A stretch of 63,389 nucleotides of DNA, counting the filler, from Folioceros fuciformis (lineage: Eukaryota): assembly GCA_049999805.1 (NCBI GenBank). It is 5 parts of 5 records of this genome, joined end to end, with 100 filler letters (N's around TTAATTAATTAA, not from the genome) between each part and the next. Parts side by side here need not be neighbours in the genome. Positions count along the whole stretch, not along the records: positions 23,629 to 42,107 come from JBNGIO010004930.1; 4 more parts are not named here. One strand, written 5' to 3'. Positions 24,321 to 36,731 of this stretch are shown piece after piece. The notes beneath the pieces are model-generated. The model was not told the DNA's origin and made no database searches. It worked only from the letters and a program-made list of their open reading frames with translations. The position numbers and the translations under genes are program-made. Every line of letters begins with the position of its first letter. The first letter of the stretch is position 1.

Positions 24321-24654
24321 TGCAAGGCAATTTACATTCGGTTTGTGTTTTTTGAAGAAGATGCAAGGCAATGTACATTCGGTTGTGTTTTTTGAAGAAG
24401 CCAAAGACAGAGGGAGGTAAGCCCTCCTTTTGTTGCTACCAATGTGGTAAGCCCTCCTTTTGTTGCTACCAATGTGGCAAGCCTTGACGTAGGCTTTAGT
24501 AAACATAGAAAAGTCTTTATCCATAGCATGAAGAATCTCCATNNNNNNNNNNTTAGTAAACATAGAAAAGTCTTTATCCATAGCATGAAGAATCTCCATT
24601 GAAAGCAAATGCAAACACGCTTTAGAGAAATGTCTAGAATTGCACATATAACTC

Positions 24655-24930
24655 CGTCTGGAGATATATTGCAGACAAGGATCTGGGAAAGGTTGACAAC
24701 TGGTAAACAATCCGCATGGAGACATATTGCAGACAAGGATCCGGGAAAGGTTCACAATTGGATCTGGGAAAGGTTGACAATGGGTAAAAAAGTAGGTAAC
24801 TCTGCCTGGAGACATATTGCAGATAAGGATCCGGGAAAGGTTGACAATTGGTAAACAAATTGGATCCGGGAAAGGTTGACAACTGGTAAACAAATCGGAT
24901 CTGGAAAAGTTGATAACTGGTAAACAACTC
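24655..24930. repeat. Degenerate tandem array (GGATCYGGGAAAGGTTGACAA.TGGTAAACAA core)
   Basis: The core recurs about 6 times, some copies preceded by GGAGACATATTGCAGACAA. Confidence 0.8.
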
Positions 24931-25895
24931 TCCGATTAAAGCTCGCATACAAGAAATGTCCCATGTATAGTACAACCACAACAAAACCTTGTTCCTTCAC
25001 GGGCAGAACCAACGACACGAAGAGAAACACCATTGTGCATAATACAGGCTCCTCTCTTCCCGTTATGACCGTGCAACGCTGGCCCTAGCAGTTGTTTGGC
25101 CAACGTGGGCCCCAAGGGTAGCCTTGTACGACCCTGCCACTGCCCTGCCTCTATTTGTTAATCGTTGCCACGGGAACGGGTGTGGCATTGCAGTTTGCAA
25201 TTGCGGGTGGTGTGGGACGGGCCAGACTACCCAGTTCGTCAAATTGGTCGAGGTTTCTCTCTTGGCAACTTTTAGGAATTTTGAGGACAATACCCCATCT
25301 ACGTCTTCATCGATTTCAGGACATGGTACTTTAAGTAGAGCATAATCTGTTCCGCATTTCGGGTTTCCAAATCAGTCGGACTGTGAAGGCAGAGCAGAAC
25401 TGGTACTATAAGGCCAGCCACCTAAACACTTGGCGAGCGAGAATTTATGACCGCAGTCCCTTCCAGCTGCCGCTCAAGATAACGAGGCCAACAACTCCGA
25501 GCACCGCCTTCACAGTGGAAGTTCGTGACCAAAGCCTAAAAGTCGTCCCTGTTTGAACTCGTCACGGAAAATGTGACCTCACATCTACCATCTTCAGGAA
25601 CAATTTGATAAAGCCTCCATCTTTGCCCTTCAACCGTAATCAACGCTAAGGAGAGATCTGTCGGATCACTGTTCAGCTAAAGGGATGCTCCAAAGGAGCT
25701 CTACATACTCTACAAATAATTCTTGGCCTCTCCGCCATTCATTGTACATTGTCGTAACGTACCAACATGAGGTCCTACGCAGCTCATCTGCATCAATGAT
25801 TCTAGCCAAGAGCACCATGTCAGCGACCTCGAGCTCAACACCGAAAGAGGGTTCAGTTATTTCGTCTGTGTCATCTGCACGCAGCTCTTTGTCGC

Positions 25896-27503
25896 TTACG
25901 ATACTACAGCATCAATCCTGGGATCAAACGGATACCCCCACAGGTGGTCTTCGAAATCTTCTGAGGGGTACCTCGGCAGCCAGGACCATGATCTTCTCGA
26001 AATATCATATATAAGCACCTCCGGGCTTTCGTATATAGTCAAGCAGATTAGGTCCCCATGTCCCACAGAGCTGAAGTACCTGTCGCTGGACTTTTTCAAG
26101 AATTCCTTTCTGAACTTCGGTGGCATCCTTGCCACTTCCACCCACTTCATCAAAGAAGGATCATGCGAAAAAACAACAGCTTCTGCACTAGGATCTACCC
26201 CCTTCTTTCGAAATCCCTCGTTTTCTGCTCCTGGCACCTTTCCGGAATTCTGATACTTCCGCACAATAAGTTCCTCAGCTGCCAGCGATTTTTCCCGCTC
26301 TACGTCACGTTGCAGCTCCCATATCCGAATGCTCTTGACCACACCCTTTTTCTCAATACCCCCAACCATAAGAAGCCTCCCTCGACATTCCACAAGACTG
26401 GGAGTGGTCAAACGTCTTGGGGTGCTCGCATCAATTTTTCGCCATACCCCATGTTCTATGCTATAGGTCAACACTCCATATGGACAGAATGTCACAAAGT
26501 ACAGAAACCCTTGACAAAGGGTTACTCCCAAATCCAAGTCCGATTGATGAGGTATACCGCCACTGATCTTCCACGAGTTAGTCGATGAGTCATACACCTC
26601 CGTGGTAAGGTCCCGTACATTAAAGCCATCCGACAACAGGTCATCCCCTGCAGCAATTACCTTGTACGCCTTTGTTGTTCTGTCCACCACCAAGCCAACT
26701 ATAGGCACAATCCTCTTTTTCAGCATAGGAGGAAGCCTCCTCCACGTTTTAGTGATAGGGTTGCATACAAAGAGAGAGCGGTAACCATCAACCTCCCCTT
26801 TGCAACATAAGAGGCCTCCTGCGGCGGCAACCCCTTGCACCCTGGTTGGAAGAAAAGAGAGCGAAAATCTATGCCACTTGCTCAAGGTCGGGTTGTAGGC
26901 CACCACGGCATCACAGGGCCCTGTCTGGAACATGACAAACCATGGCCTGTGAGCAGAAATCTCCGAGCACAGATTGCGAAAGTTACTGTTGTACATAATT
27001 TTATCCCACTTCTTGCATACAGCTCGGAACCTGACGAAAGACGGAGGAGGCAAAAAAGCTAGAACCCTCTCCAACAAATCCGAGGGGAGCTCGCTCCATA
27101 TATTCTCATCCATGACTGCGTCATCGCCTTGAGGCAAATCACAACAAGCCTCATCTGTGTCATCAGTTCTTGCAGGCGTTGCGGTCGGATTCATGGCCAA
27201 TCGTCCCTTCTTAGGAGGAGCGCGGTGACACCTTCCTAATCTCCCACACCTACCACATACCTTCTTCAGACCCAAGGCACGGGAAAGTGATCCCGAAAAT
27301 TGCAGTATCCTCTTGCAGGACGAAGACACCACAACCCTGAAGAAGCGGACCGGGGAGTGCATGGACAGATCCACGTTCACGCACCCTACCTTGGGGGAGG
27401 AAAGGCACGGGCAAACCATGTGCCGCGGCCTTAGGGTAACAGGACGAGGGTTTTGAGAAAGTCGGTGAACCAGGCCACAACCTTCACCGCTGATGCTGGA
27501 CAA
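25896..27503 (-). CDS. Intronless F-box/beta-propeller protein, UFO/APO1-like
   Basis: F-box MDENIWSELPSDLLERVLAFLPPPSFVRFRAVCKKW, plus AGDDLLS...VRDLTTE, PSLVECRGRLLMV, KSIRIWELQ, WVEVARMP and GYPFDPRI. The true start may be a downstream Met. Confidence 0.85.
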   Translation of the reverse strand: MSSISGEGCGLVHRLSQNPRPVTLRPRHMVCPCLSSPKVGCVNVDLSMHSPVRFFRVVVSSSCKRILQFSGSLSRALGLKKVCGRCGRLGRCHRAPPKKGRLAMNPTATPARTDDTDEACCDLPQGDDAVMDENIWSELPSDLLERVLAFLPPPSFVRFRAVCKKWDKIMYNSNFRNLCSEISAHRPWFVMFQTGPCDAVVAYNPTLSKWHRFSLSFLPTRVQGVAAAGGLLCCKGEVDGYRSLFVCNPITKTWRRLPPMLKKRIVPIVGLVVDRTTKAYKVIAAGDDLLSDGFNVRDLTTEVYDSSTNSWKISGGIPHQSDLDLGVTLCQGFLYFVTFCPYGVLTYSIEHGVWRKIDASTPRRLTTPSLVECRGRLLMVGGIEKKGVVKSIRIWELQRDVEREKSLAAEELIVRKYQNSGKVPGAENEGFRKKGVDPSAEAVVFSHDPSLMKWVEVARMPPKFRKEFLKKSSDRYFSSVGHGDLICLTIYESPEVLIYDISRRSWSWLPRYPSEDFEDHLWGYPFDPRIDAVVS

Positions 27504-28770
27504 TTAAAGTGACCGCCCTCCGCCATACAACACACTGTACACGGACGCCATTCTTTTCGTATTGAAAGTATTGAAGGACTGAAGGAACGGAAACGTGGCC
27601 AGCCAGCTAGTCCTGAACAGCAGCATTGCAGTTGGTCAGCGAGGCGGGAGATGAAGTGAACGGCATGGAGAGATGCAAGGCCAGAGCAACAAATTGGCAC
27701 AATTCAGGAAGGAGGAGCACATAATTCACGCTTTCACGCATTCGCGTGAAGAAGAACTCCGGCACAGGCCAGGCCACGCGCACCAGCCGAGATAGGAAGG
27801 GAAGCAGGGCGGGAAGAAAGCCAAACTCGACACGACACCGACAGCCAGTGGCCACTTACCTACCTAACACATCTCCACAAATCAACCCCGACACTCGGCC
27901 CTGCCCTACGCGGCGTGCCGAGAGAGGAAATCGGCGTCAGCGTCACAGTGACCGCGCGCAAGGGCAAGGGCAAGAGGAAGGGCAATTCCGGAGCAGAAGA
28001 TGGACAACATCGCGCTCCAGTCCTTTCAGAGGCCGCAGAGTGCACATTTCCCGCGCTGCAAGAAGGATCCAGATCCAGCTGAACCTGAAATTGCGTGGCG
28101 GCAGACAGAGGCAACGGCAAGCATGGGGAGCAGGGGGTGCAGATCTCAAGAACCACACCGGTTCAGGATGTGGAGCAGTGTCAGGGCCGCAATTCACATG
28201 TGTCCAGGCCAGCCGTGAGACAGGATTGCGGCCGGCACAAGCGCACATGCGGCAAGGGCGGGACAGTAAGGGCAAGTGGCAGTTACGAGCGCGGCTGGTG
28301 CAGGGCGAGGTCGAACCTCCCTCTCGAACGGCCCGGCCCGGCCCGCTCTGTGCGACGTTTCCCACTCACGCACGCGCCCCAGCCAACATTTAATAAGCCA
28401 ACGTAGTCAACATGAGTGAACTCCGTCCTCAACTCTACCTAATCGATACTCACCAACGGTCCCCCACCTCCTCTCTCCCTTGTTCTCCTTCTCTTCCCCC
28501 TGTTGTTTATTTTTTCAATCTTACATACAGCTTAAGCCAGATGGACACATTTATAATTTATGAGAACTCTGGGAGTCCACATTGGATGGGTGGAACTTAG
28601 ATTTTCTTTACATGAATAAAGATGAGATTTCACGTCCCCTCGCCCCTCGTCTGGCAGGGTGCAGTGAACACTTGGAAAGGGAATCAACACGACGGCGAAG
28701 AAAGACGAGAGGCTGGCTTTGACGACCTGACGTCTACTGGGAAGCCACGTCGACGTGTTCCGGGAGAATG

Positions 28771-31700
28771 TCAGTCTGATCCCACCATTCCTCCGCCAAA
28801 AGGGCCCATGCCTACGAAAGGGTCGTCATCGTATTGTGCAGGACCCTTGGGTAGAGGAGCGTGGCTGTTGGACATCCCTTGATCTGGGTCAGATCCAAAA
28901 ACGAGTTTGGGATGGACAGGGCTGCTGGAAAACAGGGGGGAGTCGTGGGGCCCGTTCTCTCTATGAGCCTTTGCAAATCTGTCAGCACTGGTGGCTGGAG
29001 AATCGTATCGGCGATGATGATCATTTCCCTGGTCATAGCTCCCATCCTGCTGGGAAACTGCGGGGTCAGCGAGGGAAAAACATTTGTCTCAGTTGAAGTT
29101 GACCAGGGCGAGGAACTTGCCTGGGAAGTAGACACTTTGGAATGGGAATGCTCTTGAGGTTTTGTACTGTCAACGGGATAAGCATCCCTCCAATCAAAGA
29201 CCTCAGCTTCGCTGAAAACTCTGCAGCCAGGTTGTCGTTCTTGAGAACAAGAATTTGCGTGATGGAACATGTACTGACAGAAGTATGGTTATTCGTACCC
29301 GTGGATCTCCCCACTCCTGCTCCTGGCTGCTGAATTTCCCAGGTTGCTCTTCCCATGTGGATGAGAGCTGGTTGCAAAATCACCATGAGGATGTTCAGGC
29401 CCCAAACCTCTGTTTGAAGATGAAACAATTGGATTCCTTTTAACAGGAGTGTCGAACATCGTCTTCTTTGGATCTGCAGACGGAATTCGGGTGAGCTTGG
29501 GGTTGGCACTTGCAAGATAAAGGACAGACCTTCATGTCGAACTCACCATCTTCTTCAAACTTATCCCAGTGATCATCATACTTCATGGGATATACTTGTG
29601 GTCCTTGTGGTACTCCTGATGAGAACACACAGTTGATATCAGCAAGCCCACAGAAAAGGTTTCAGCAACCGCGGCCACATGATACTCAAGCATCGCATTG
29701 GCAGATAGCTAGCAGAGCAGGACTGTTCAAGAGAGAGAGCTTGAGTGAATTCACACGGAGGCCAAGTTGTTGGCAGCGTGCGCTTAAGGTTTTGGTCAGC
29801 TCGTCCACATCGCTCCAAATGCGATCTGCACGCGTCTAATGACAAGCTACCATCTCTTAGAGCAGCCAGGTTAGCGTTATAAGTCTATCCAGTCGCTGGG
29901 ACTTAAACTTCTATCATTTTTAGCATGAGCTGTGGATTCACGCCACAACTGAGCTCGGGGACTGTAGGAGAAAGTACCTGCAACGATCCTGGGACATCAG
30001 CTTGTTCTAATTTGGCAATTGCTTCAGAAAGTTCAGCTTTCCTCCTCTGAAATGCGCCATGCGATAACATTTCAGAGGCTTGACCAACAACCCGCGACTT
30101 TGAAAACTCTTCCAATTCTTCACAAGATGTGCTGAGCACGAAACCTGGATTCTGTTCAACGCTTCGCCTTGACTGAGTACTTGGGCGTCGGCATCCTTCG
30201 CCTCCCTTACTTTTTCATCAAACCTCTTGGTCAAAATCTCCAGCTTCAGTTTACGAATGGCCACAACAGTCAACTATGGTGCAATGGGACCGACACCCCA
30301 TATTGAAATAGAAGCATGATACAAAGAAACACCTCCTGTGTATCTGCTACAACTCTTTGTGTGATATTCATCAGCTGGATGTCACATCTGCTCTTGTGCA
30401 AAACCTGGTACAGTCGAGGAGAAAAAGTGAATGTTCAATGCACTAGCGTAGACAGCGCTGTACTCATCATAGCAACGTATTTCAAACTTCTGGCCCATCG
30501 TGAAAAAGATGGGAAAGTAGTTTGTTGTGTGATAAAGCTGATGTGCATGCAAGCAACTCTCTGGGCCCTAAATGAAACAGACTGAAAAAGTTTACTCACG
30601 AGTTCCTGCAGCTTCTTCTGATAGTAATCAATCTTCTGCTGGGCTTCAAAATGCTCCTTTTCTGCATCTGCAACCTGTCAGACCAAAACCAATGCCTCGA
30701 GCTTCAATCTTTTGTTAGGTAACACAAAATTTGAGCCTGCGGAAGCACCACATGAACTAAAACTGGGCGAAGAAATTGCTCGAGCATTTCATTGCTGGTA
30801 GGGCCAAACCCAGAATGTTCAGACTTGCCCTTTTCCCAGCTCTCTCAGCATCTTGATATTGGGTTGTCAACATGTCTTGCTCCGATTTATTAAGCTGATT
30901 GACCATACGCGAGTCGAGCCTGGGGACAGCTGATTGCGGCACCGCTATTCCAACGGAGGGAGCCTGCACATAAAAGCCTACATGAGTGTTTTCCAATTCC
31001 AGAGGAGCTTGGGCTACTCAAAGAGACATGCTCTAGTAAGCCTGGCTGCTATGTCCAATTCGCACTGGTTACCTAGTTTGGTCAAGAGAAATGACTCATA
31101 GCATAAACTCATTTGACAGCTAGCAGGGAATTGGTACGAATAGGCATTACACCTGTAAGTTTGACACAAGGCCAAGACACAGTTTAGCAGCAGGAGGTCA
31201 ACATGACCAAATGAACCTGGACTTGAAGAGAAGAATCTTCCAGATAAAAGCCCTTAGGTAGAACAGAAGGCAAGGATCTGCCTTCTCTAAACCGTTCAAT
31301 CAAGTACATTGCCGAGCCAAACTCCTTAAGCGATAGCATGCCATCCAAATCCTCATCAGCTAAGTCCCACACCCTTTTCAACATCTCTGAAACAAGCAGG
31401 GGACATACAAGCTCGCTTAAACATCCCAAGCAGTTTGTTATCTGGCAGAAAGGACGGGAAGAGATGATGTCTCCAAGTACTTTACCCACAGGAAGCTGCC
31501 ACCCCAGAAACAAATCTCGGGCTTGTGCTCCTGTTATCTTTAAATCTTTGTCTGTATCTAACTCGAAGAAAATCTTAGAATAGCGCTCCATTTCAGCTCG
31601 GGTCATTTTTGGCCATGGAGAACTAACTGCAGCTACCTCAAGAGCCTCACCCCCGAAGTCTCTTGGAGACAAGGGCACGGACAGTCTCGGCACAGAAGGT

Positions 31701-32773
31701 GCAGTACCAGCAACGATTGGTGCTGGTTGCATTGATTGAACACCATTTACCACAGGCAGCATTCCCCTTGGAGTTCCATCACCCCGCTGTACGCCTTCTG
31801 ATGCTCGTCTTCCCAGGGTAGATGATGAAGGCCTCCTATCATACGCCATAGGCGCATTGAGGCCATAAGCTGCGCTTGCCGTGCTGACGCTGTCCTTTGC
31901 ATGGAGCCCTGAATTTGCAGCTATGGGACCGCCGCTACTACTACCTGGAAAGTTTGTACCTGCTTTATCAGGGTCTGTTCCACTGTCGACGATGCTCACA
32001 GGAGAGGACCCATCAGCTGCATTCAGGTTCCCGACACCTGGTGTCGTTGCCTTGAACTCCCCATCTGAAAATACATCCTGCAGCTTCGCAGGAATCACAA
32101 CAGTAGAAGTTTTGTCTTTCTTGAGGCCACTCATCGTGCTGCTTCCTGTAGTAGCAGTTTGCGTATTCACCCAAGCCTCGATCCCCAAGTTTCCAAACAA
32201 GGAAGCCGACGATGCATCTGGGACGGGAGGCACTAGGCCAGCAAGAAGCACATTGCTCGAATTTCCAGGCCATACTGGACCCTGCTTTACGTCGGAAGGA
32301 GAGCCCGTTTGTTGTGGTGGTAAAATCTTGGTCGAGAGAGGAGCTACAGATTGAAATGAGTGCGACTGCAACCCGGCATCATTTGCTGGTGTAATAATAT
32401 TAGGAGCTGGGATCCGAGATGCAGCTGGTCCTTCCAAGGCTGATCTTACAAGATCTGGGGTTAGGTCCCTCCCCGATTGTGCGATTGTTACAAGTTTGAG
32501 GGCCTTGAAAAACTCGGGCTTGGCAAGGAATCCCGTCTGCCCCGAATCTGCAAATTGCCAGATCTACAAGATGAAAGAGGCGAAAACATGTTACAATTCT
32601 CGCTGTCACACAATTATCTTCTCCTTGAATTAATTGCCAACTACCTTGGCTAGAGTAAGTTGCGGCAGACCCGAGCCCTGAAAAAACACCACCGCTTCAG
32701 CTCCACTTATACGCCCATCGTGATCAGAATCCGCAATTCTGAAGTAGGCCTCAAATGCGTCAGGGCCGGCCAT
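28771..32773 (-). CDS. EH-domain (EPS15/AtEH-Pan1-like) endocytic scaffold protein, multi-exon
   Basis: EH1 is MAGPDAFEAYFRIADSDHDGRISGAEAV...IWQFAD and EH2 is WPKMTRAEMERYSKIFFELDTDKD...VWDLAD. Coiled-coil exons, WDKFEED and a C-terminal DDDPF.GMGPF* follow. Confidence 0.88.
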
Positions 32774-33566
32774 CACCTCCTACCTTGTGAATGTGGCGCC
32801 TTCTTGCTGACTCTTCAACCGAACCAAATCCTTCTTCTTTGGTTATGAGCATGAAGGCAATCTTGAAAGCAAGGCGACAGCATTGCATGAATTACGATCT
32901 CAACGCGGAAGGGGGTCGCTCAGGGTAATGGGTTGTGAGGCCAGAAGCAGCAAACCCAAAGCATCGTGTCAGGGGACTCCAGAGGCTTTCCCCGGTGATC
33001 GCAAAGAACGGAGACTACGCAGATAATGGTAATAGTTTTTTACAAGAGGCCCAAGTCCGCCGTTGTGGGCAAGGCTCTGTGCATGACGATGCCGGAGTCA
33101 GGATAGTTGCTATGTGTCCATGAGATCGTGTATCTAATGCCAAAGACTGCTTAGGGCTCGGGTGTAAGAAATAACTAAGCGACGCTTGTCTGAAACTGTG
33201 CGACGTGGTCTGTTGACGGGTCATGTGGTCAAGTTCTGCTTCTCTGCTTTTGAGCCAGACCTCACACCTAAATTCCGACTCAGAGATTTTACATACTTGT
33301 CATCCATGGCAGCTCTCATACTTGTGCGCTGTATCATTCTCCTGTTTCTGCTTCAAAGCAGCCAGGTTGTCTTTAGCCGGACGACGACACACTTCACTTA
33401 GCTGCATGTCTGGCAGCGGTAGCAACACACCATTTCAAGTCTACCATACTAATGCCCCGACACAACATCTGGGCACTACCGCAGTACAGATGTGCAACAA
33501 GCTAGCCTGCCGAAGCGTGGCATCTCTGTATGCTCCAGTGCCCATATTGCTGAGTATAGAGGCACT

Positions 33567-34598
33567 TTATTCGTCGGCAACTGCTAGCTCCAGTGCGTAA
33601 TCATCTCTTTCCTGGAAATGCACAAGCTACAACCGTCAGATGGTATGATCTCTACAAGATACCCACGTGCGCGCACAAGATAGGTGTCTTTCTTTACTTA
33701 CAACTGGGCCCCTTGCAAAGTACTGCCCAAACTGCAGCCAGTACACCTGCAAACGAGCGCAAGAAATTTGGATCAGAAAAAGATGAGAAACAGCTGGTTG
33801 CTCGCCTCACTCCGGGCCAAAGAAATACCTCATCCTCGTCCTGTGTTTCGACCTCCAGGTCAGAGAGCGGATAACCAACACACAACAGACCATAGCCCTG
33901 CGAAAATGAGGTCATTCGCATGAGCAAGAACCAAAACAGCATATGCTGGTGCAAACCGATGCCATACCGAGAACGCTGAAAGAGCACAATGCACCTTCTG
34001 TTTGAGCTCAGAAGAAATACCCAGCGCTTCGGGCTGGTAAAGCTGTCCAGATTTCACCCGCACAGCACAGGCAGTGCAGCATCCTGTGCATTCAAGGCAC
34101 CCAAACAGCCCTCTGCTCAATGCACGTTCACTGGTCTGCACAAAGCTGAGCAAGGAGAGCAAACCACACGGAACACCTCTGAGAAGGCGGACTAGCAGCA
34201 CAGTCTGACAAAGCACGAAATGGCCAGACATGGCAGCCAAGACAAGAGCGTAGGCTGGCAATTACCATGTCTGCAAGAGAAGGGCAAGCTGATATCCTGC
34301 TCTTCGGCCGTATGCAGAATGTACTGATCCTGCAACCAGCCCACACCCGGCTGTGAATCCAAGTCCGCGCAGCTTGCAGCTTGTAGCAGCATCAGCAACC
34401 AACCTCTGGCACTTCAAACTTGTGAACCACGTTCCGCTGCCGGTCCCTGACGGTGACCGTGTGCACTGCAACCTCGTACCACTCGTCCTGGCCAGGTGGA
34501 GGGGGAAGATCCACCAAAGCATCCCGAGATGAGGCTCGCACAGGTATCAGCCGCGACGGGCACGCCACCCTGCATACGGTGCTGCTCAGAGCTTGCAT
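33567..34598 (-). CDS. FdC2: Ferredoxin C2-like [2Fe-2S] protein, chloroplast, multi-exon
   Basis: HKFEVPE/DQYILHTAEEQDISLPFSCRHG/CCTACAVR...PEALGIS/GYGLLCVGYP...ETQDEDE/VYWLQFG.YFARGP/ERDDYALELA.ADE*. Confidence 0.92.
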
Positions 34599-35068
34599 GG
34601 TGCAAGGCTTCTTGCCCTCTCGCAAACGCAGAGCAGCCTGCACGGATGTTGCACCCCTTTGGGTCTCGGAACCCACACCAATCTGTCTGTATTCCTCACC
34701 ACCTAAACCCAAATCCGCCTCTCAGGCACCAGATGGACCTATGTTAGGGTAGGCCAGACTATAAACAAATAATAATTTTTCTGTAAAAGCCTCCATCCCA
34801 GGATTGCATTGGTCGATCACTTCGAGGTCTGTAGATGCCATAGCTTCCAGGTGGATAACATCGCTACAGAAACAGCTCAAACAGGTGGCCTTCAGAGTTG
34901 GATGAAACAGCAAACAGAATTTTGTCTGAACAGTGTCCTTGTTCATCGTTCCTACTTCTACCACCTCGAGGGCTCAACCCTGACCTACCAAGCTTTCATA
35001 TACAGTGAATCTGTCTATCTCGGTGTTGAGTTCTGTTTGTGTTTCCTGTTCGGATTTCCAGTGCCGAC

Positions 35069-36313
35069 ATGGGGAAGGACGTCCTCCTGGACCCGGCTCC
35101 GCAGCGTGATTTCTGCATCGACTCCGACTTTGTCTTGCCGCCTGAGCTCCGGCCGACTCGGAAGCCGGATTCCGGGCCACAAACAACCAGGGACATTCCA
35201 GTGATTGATCTGGGCCCTCTGGCAGCTCAGCGCAGCTGGAGCTCTGGAGATGGGCGGGATTTGGAGGTAGGGGATGACGTTGCCTTGCGGGCCGTGGTGG
35301 AGCAGGTGCGTTGGGCGTGTACGGAGTGGGGTTTCTTCCAGATTACCAACCACGGGGTTCCGCTGGAGCTGCTGGCGGAGCTGAACACGGAGGCGAAGGC
35401 TTTCTTCGCCCTGCCTTTGGAGGAGAAGCGGAAGGTGAGCCGAAGCGCTGGGAGTCCTCTTGGATACTACGATGAGGAGCGGACCAAGAACGTGCGGGAC
35501 TGGAAGGAGGTGTTCGACTATGCGCCGACGGGGAGCCATGAGCTCCCCGACTTGCCGCTGGAGAGCCAGGAGGCCTGCGGTAGCACGGTGTTCTGCAACA
35601 CGTGGCCTGAGAATCGGCCTGGTTTCAGGGACGCTTGCGAGAGGTGGGGGCAGGCAAGCATGGCCCTCGGCTTCAGGCTGCTTGCGCTCATTGCCCTCAG
35701 TCTGGGTCTTCCCGCGGACGTGTTCCATCGTTTCTACCAAGACCACACGGCTCGTGTGAGGTTGAATTACTACCCCGAATGCCCGGCTCCCGACCTGGCC
35801 TTGGGAGTGAGCAGGCACAAGGATTCGGGAGCGGTTACGGTGTTGGTGCAGGATGAAGCGGGCGGGTTGCAAGTGAAGAGCAAGGACGGGGAGTGGGTTG
35901 ATGTGAAGCCTCGTTGGGATGCTTTCGTCATCAATGTTGGAGACTGTTTCCAGGTCTGGACGAACGGCTTGTACAAGAGCGTGGAACATCGGGCTGTTGT
36001 GCACGCCAACAAGGAGCGCTTNNNNNNNNNNNNNNNNNNNNNNNNNNNNNNNNNNNNNNNNNNNNNNNNNNNNNNNNNNNNNNNNNNNNNNNNNNNNNNN
36101 NNNNNNNNNNNNNNNNNNNNNCCCATGTTCCTCAACCCCAGTCCCTCAGCGGACATAGAACCGATTGCACAGCTTGTGAGCCAAGGCGAGCCTCCCATGT
36201 ATTCCAAGTTTAATTACGGTAGGTACAGGAGGAGTAGAGTGAACACCAATTACAACACCGCTGCTTGTGCAACCATTCCAAACATTCAGATATCCGATTT
36301 GGCCAAGGAGTAG
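35069..36313 (+). CDS. 2-oxoglutarate/Fe(II)-dependent dioxygenase (plant DOXC class); spans an N gap at 36022-36121
   Basis: IPVIDL, WGFFQITNHGV, KNVRDWKEVFD, RLNYYP, HKD...EHRAV and KER, giving the HxD...H and RxS-type motifs. Confidence 0.92.
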   Translation: MGKDVLLDPAPQRDFCIDSDFVLPPELRPTRKPDSGPQTTRDIPVIDLGPLAAQRSWSSGDGRDLEVGDDVALRAVVEQVRWACTEWGFFQITNHGVPLELLAELNTEAKAFFALPLEEKRKVSRSAGSPLGYYDEERTKNVRDWKEVFDYAPTGSHELPDLPLESQEACGSTVFCNTWPENRPGFRDACERWGQASMALGFRLLALIALSLGLPADVFHRFYQDHTARVRLNYYPECPAPDLALGVSRHKDSGAVTVLVQDEAGGLQVKSKDGEWVDVKPRWDAFVINVGDCFQVWTNGLYKSVEHRAVVHANKERXXXXXXXXXXXXXXXXXXXXXXXXXXXXXXXXXXPMFLNPSPSADIEPIAQLVSQGEPPMYSKFNYGRYRRSRVNTNYNTAACATIPNIQISDLAKE

Positions 36314-36731
36314 GAGGAGATGGTTCCTAGCCAGGCCCTTTATATCTTTCCACATCTTCCTCTGCTGCCTTCTTTCTGAAGTCTCACGTTGACCTTTATG
36401 CCTTCTGACTAGAGAAACGGGATCACAGCAGCCTTGTACATATGTAATACTTCAACTCGACTTGGCATCGCTTGGGAAGAGCGAAGTGGGTACCATTTCC
36501 AGCACTGCCCGAGCACAGCACTGTCAATTACAGTCGGCGTCCTGTGTACGTCGCCTCTTGTGTTGAGATTACACCAAGTCTGTATTACACATAGCAAGAC
36601 TAGATTATGTACCTTGCAAAAGCAGATAAAAAACGCGTGGCCAGAGACGCTCCCTGTCGCTGAACACCTTATGCGCCACAGTGTCAAGTGGTGTGCGTTA
36701 TCAGCTTAGATGATGTCGATCGGGTGTCCCA

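Noticed and set aside
24250-24600. Exact duplications either side of the 10-N gaps at 24275-24284 and 24543-24552
   Set aside because: This pattern is typical of unmerged contig overlaps and is probably not a real duplication.
23900-24930. Regularly spaced repeats resembling a CRISPR array
   Set aside because: The intervening sequences are themselves repeated, the units are degenerate, there are no cas genes and the context is eukaryotic.
27746-28406. Several overlapping ORFs of 100-215 aa upstream of the F-box gene
   Set aside because: GC-rich promoter/5' UTR-like sequence with low-complexity translations and no domain.
35015-36004. 329-aa ORF antisense to the dioxygenase
   Set aside because: Shadow ORF expected from GC-rich coding sequence, with no recognisable domain.
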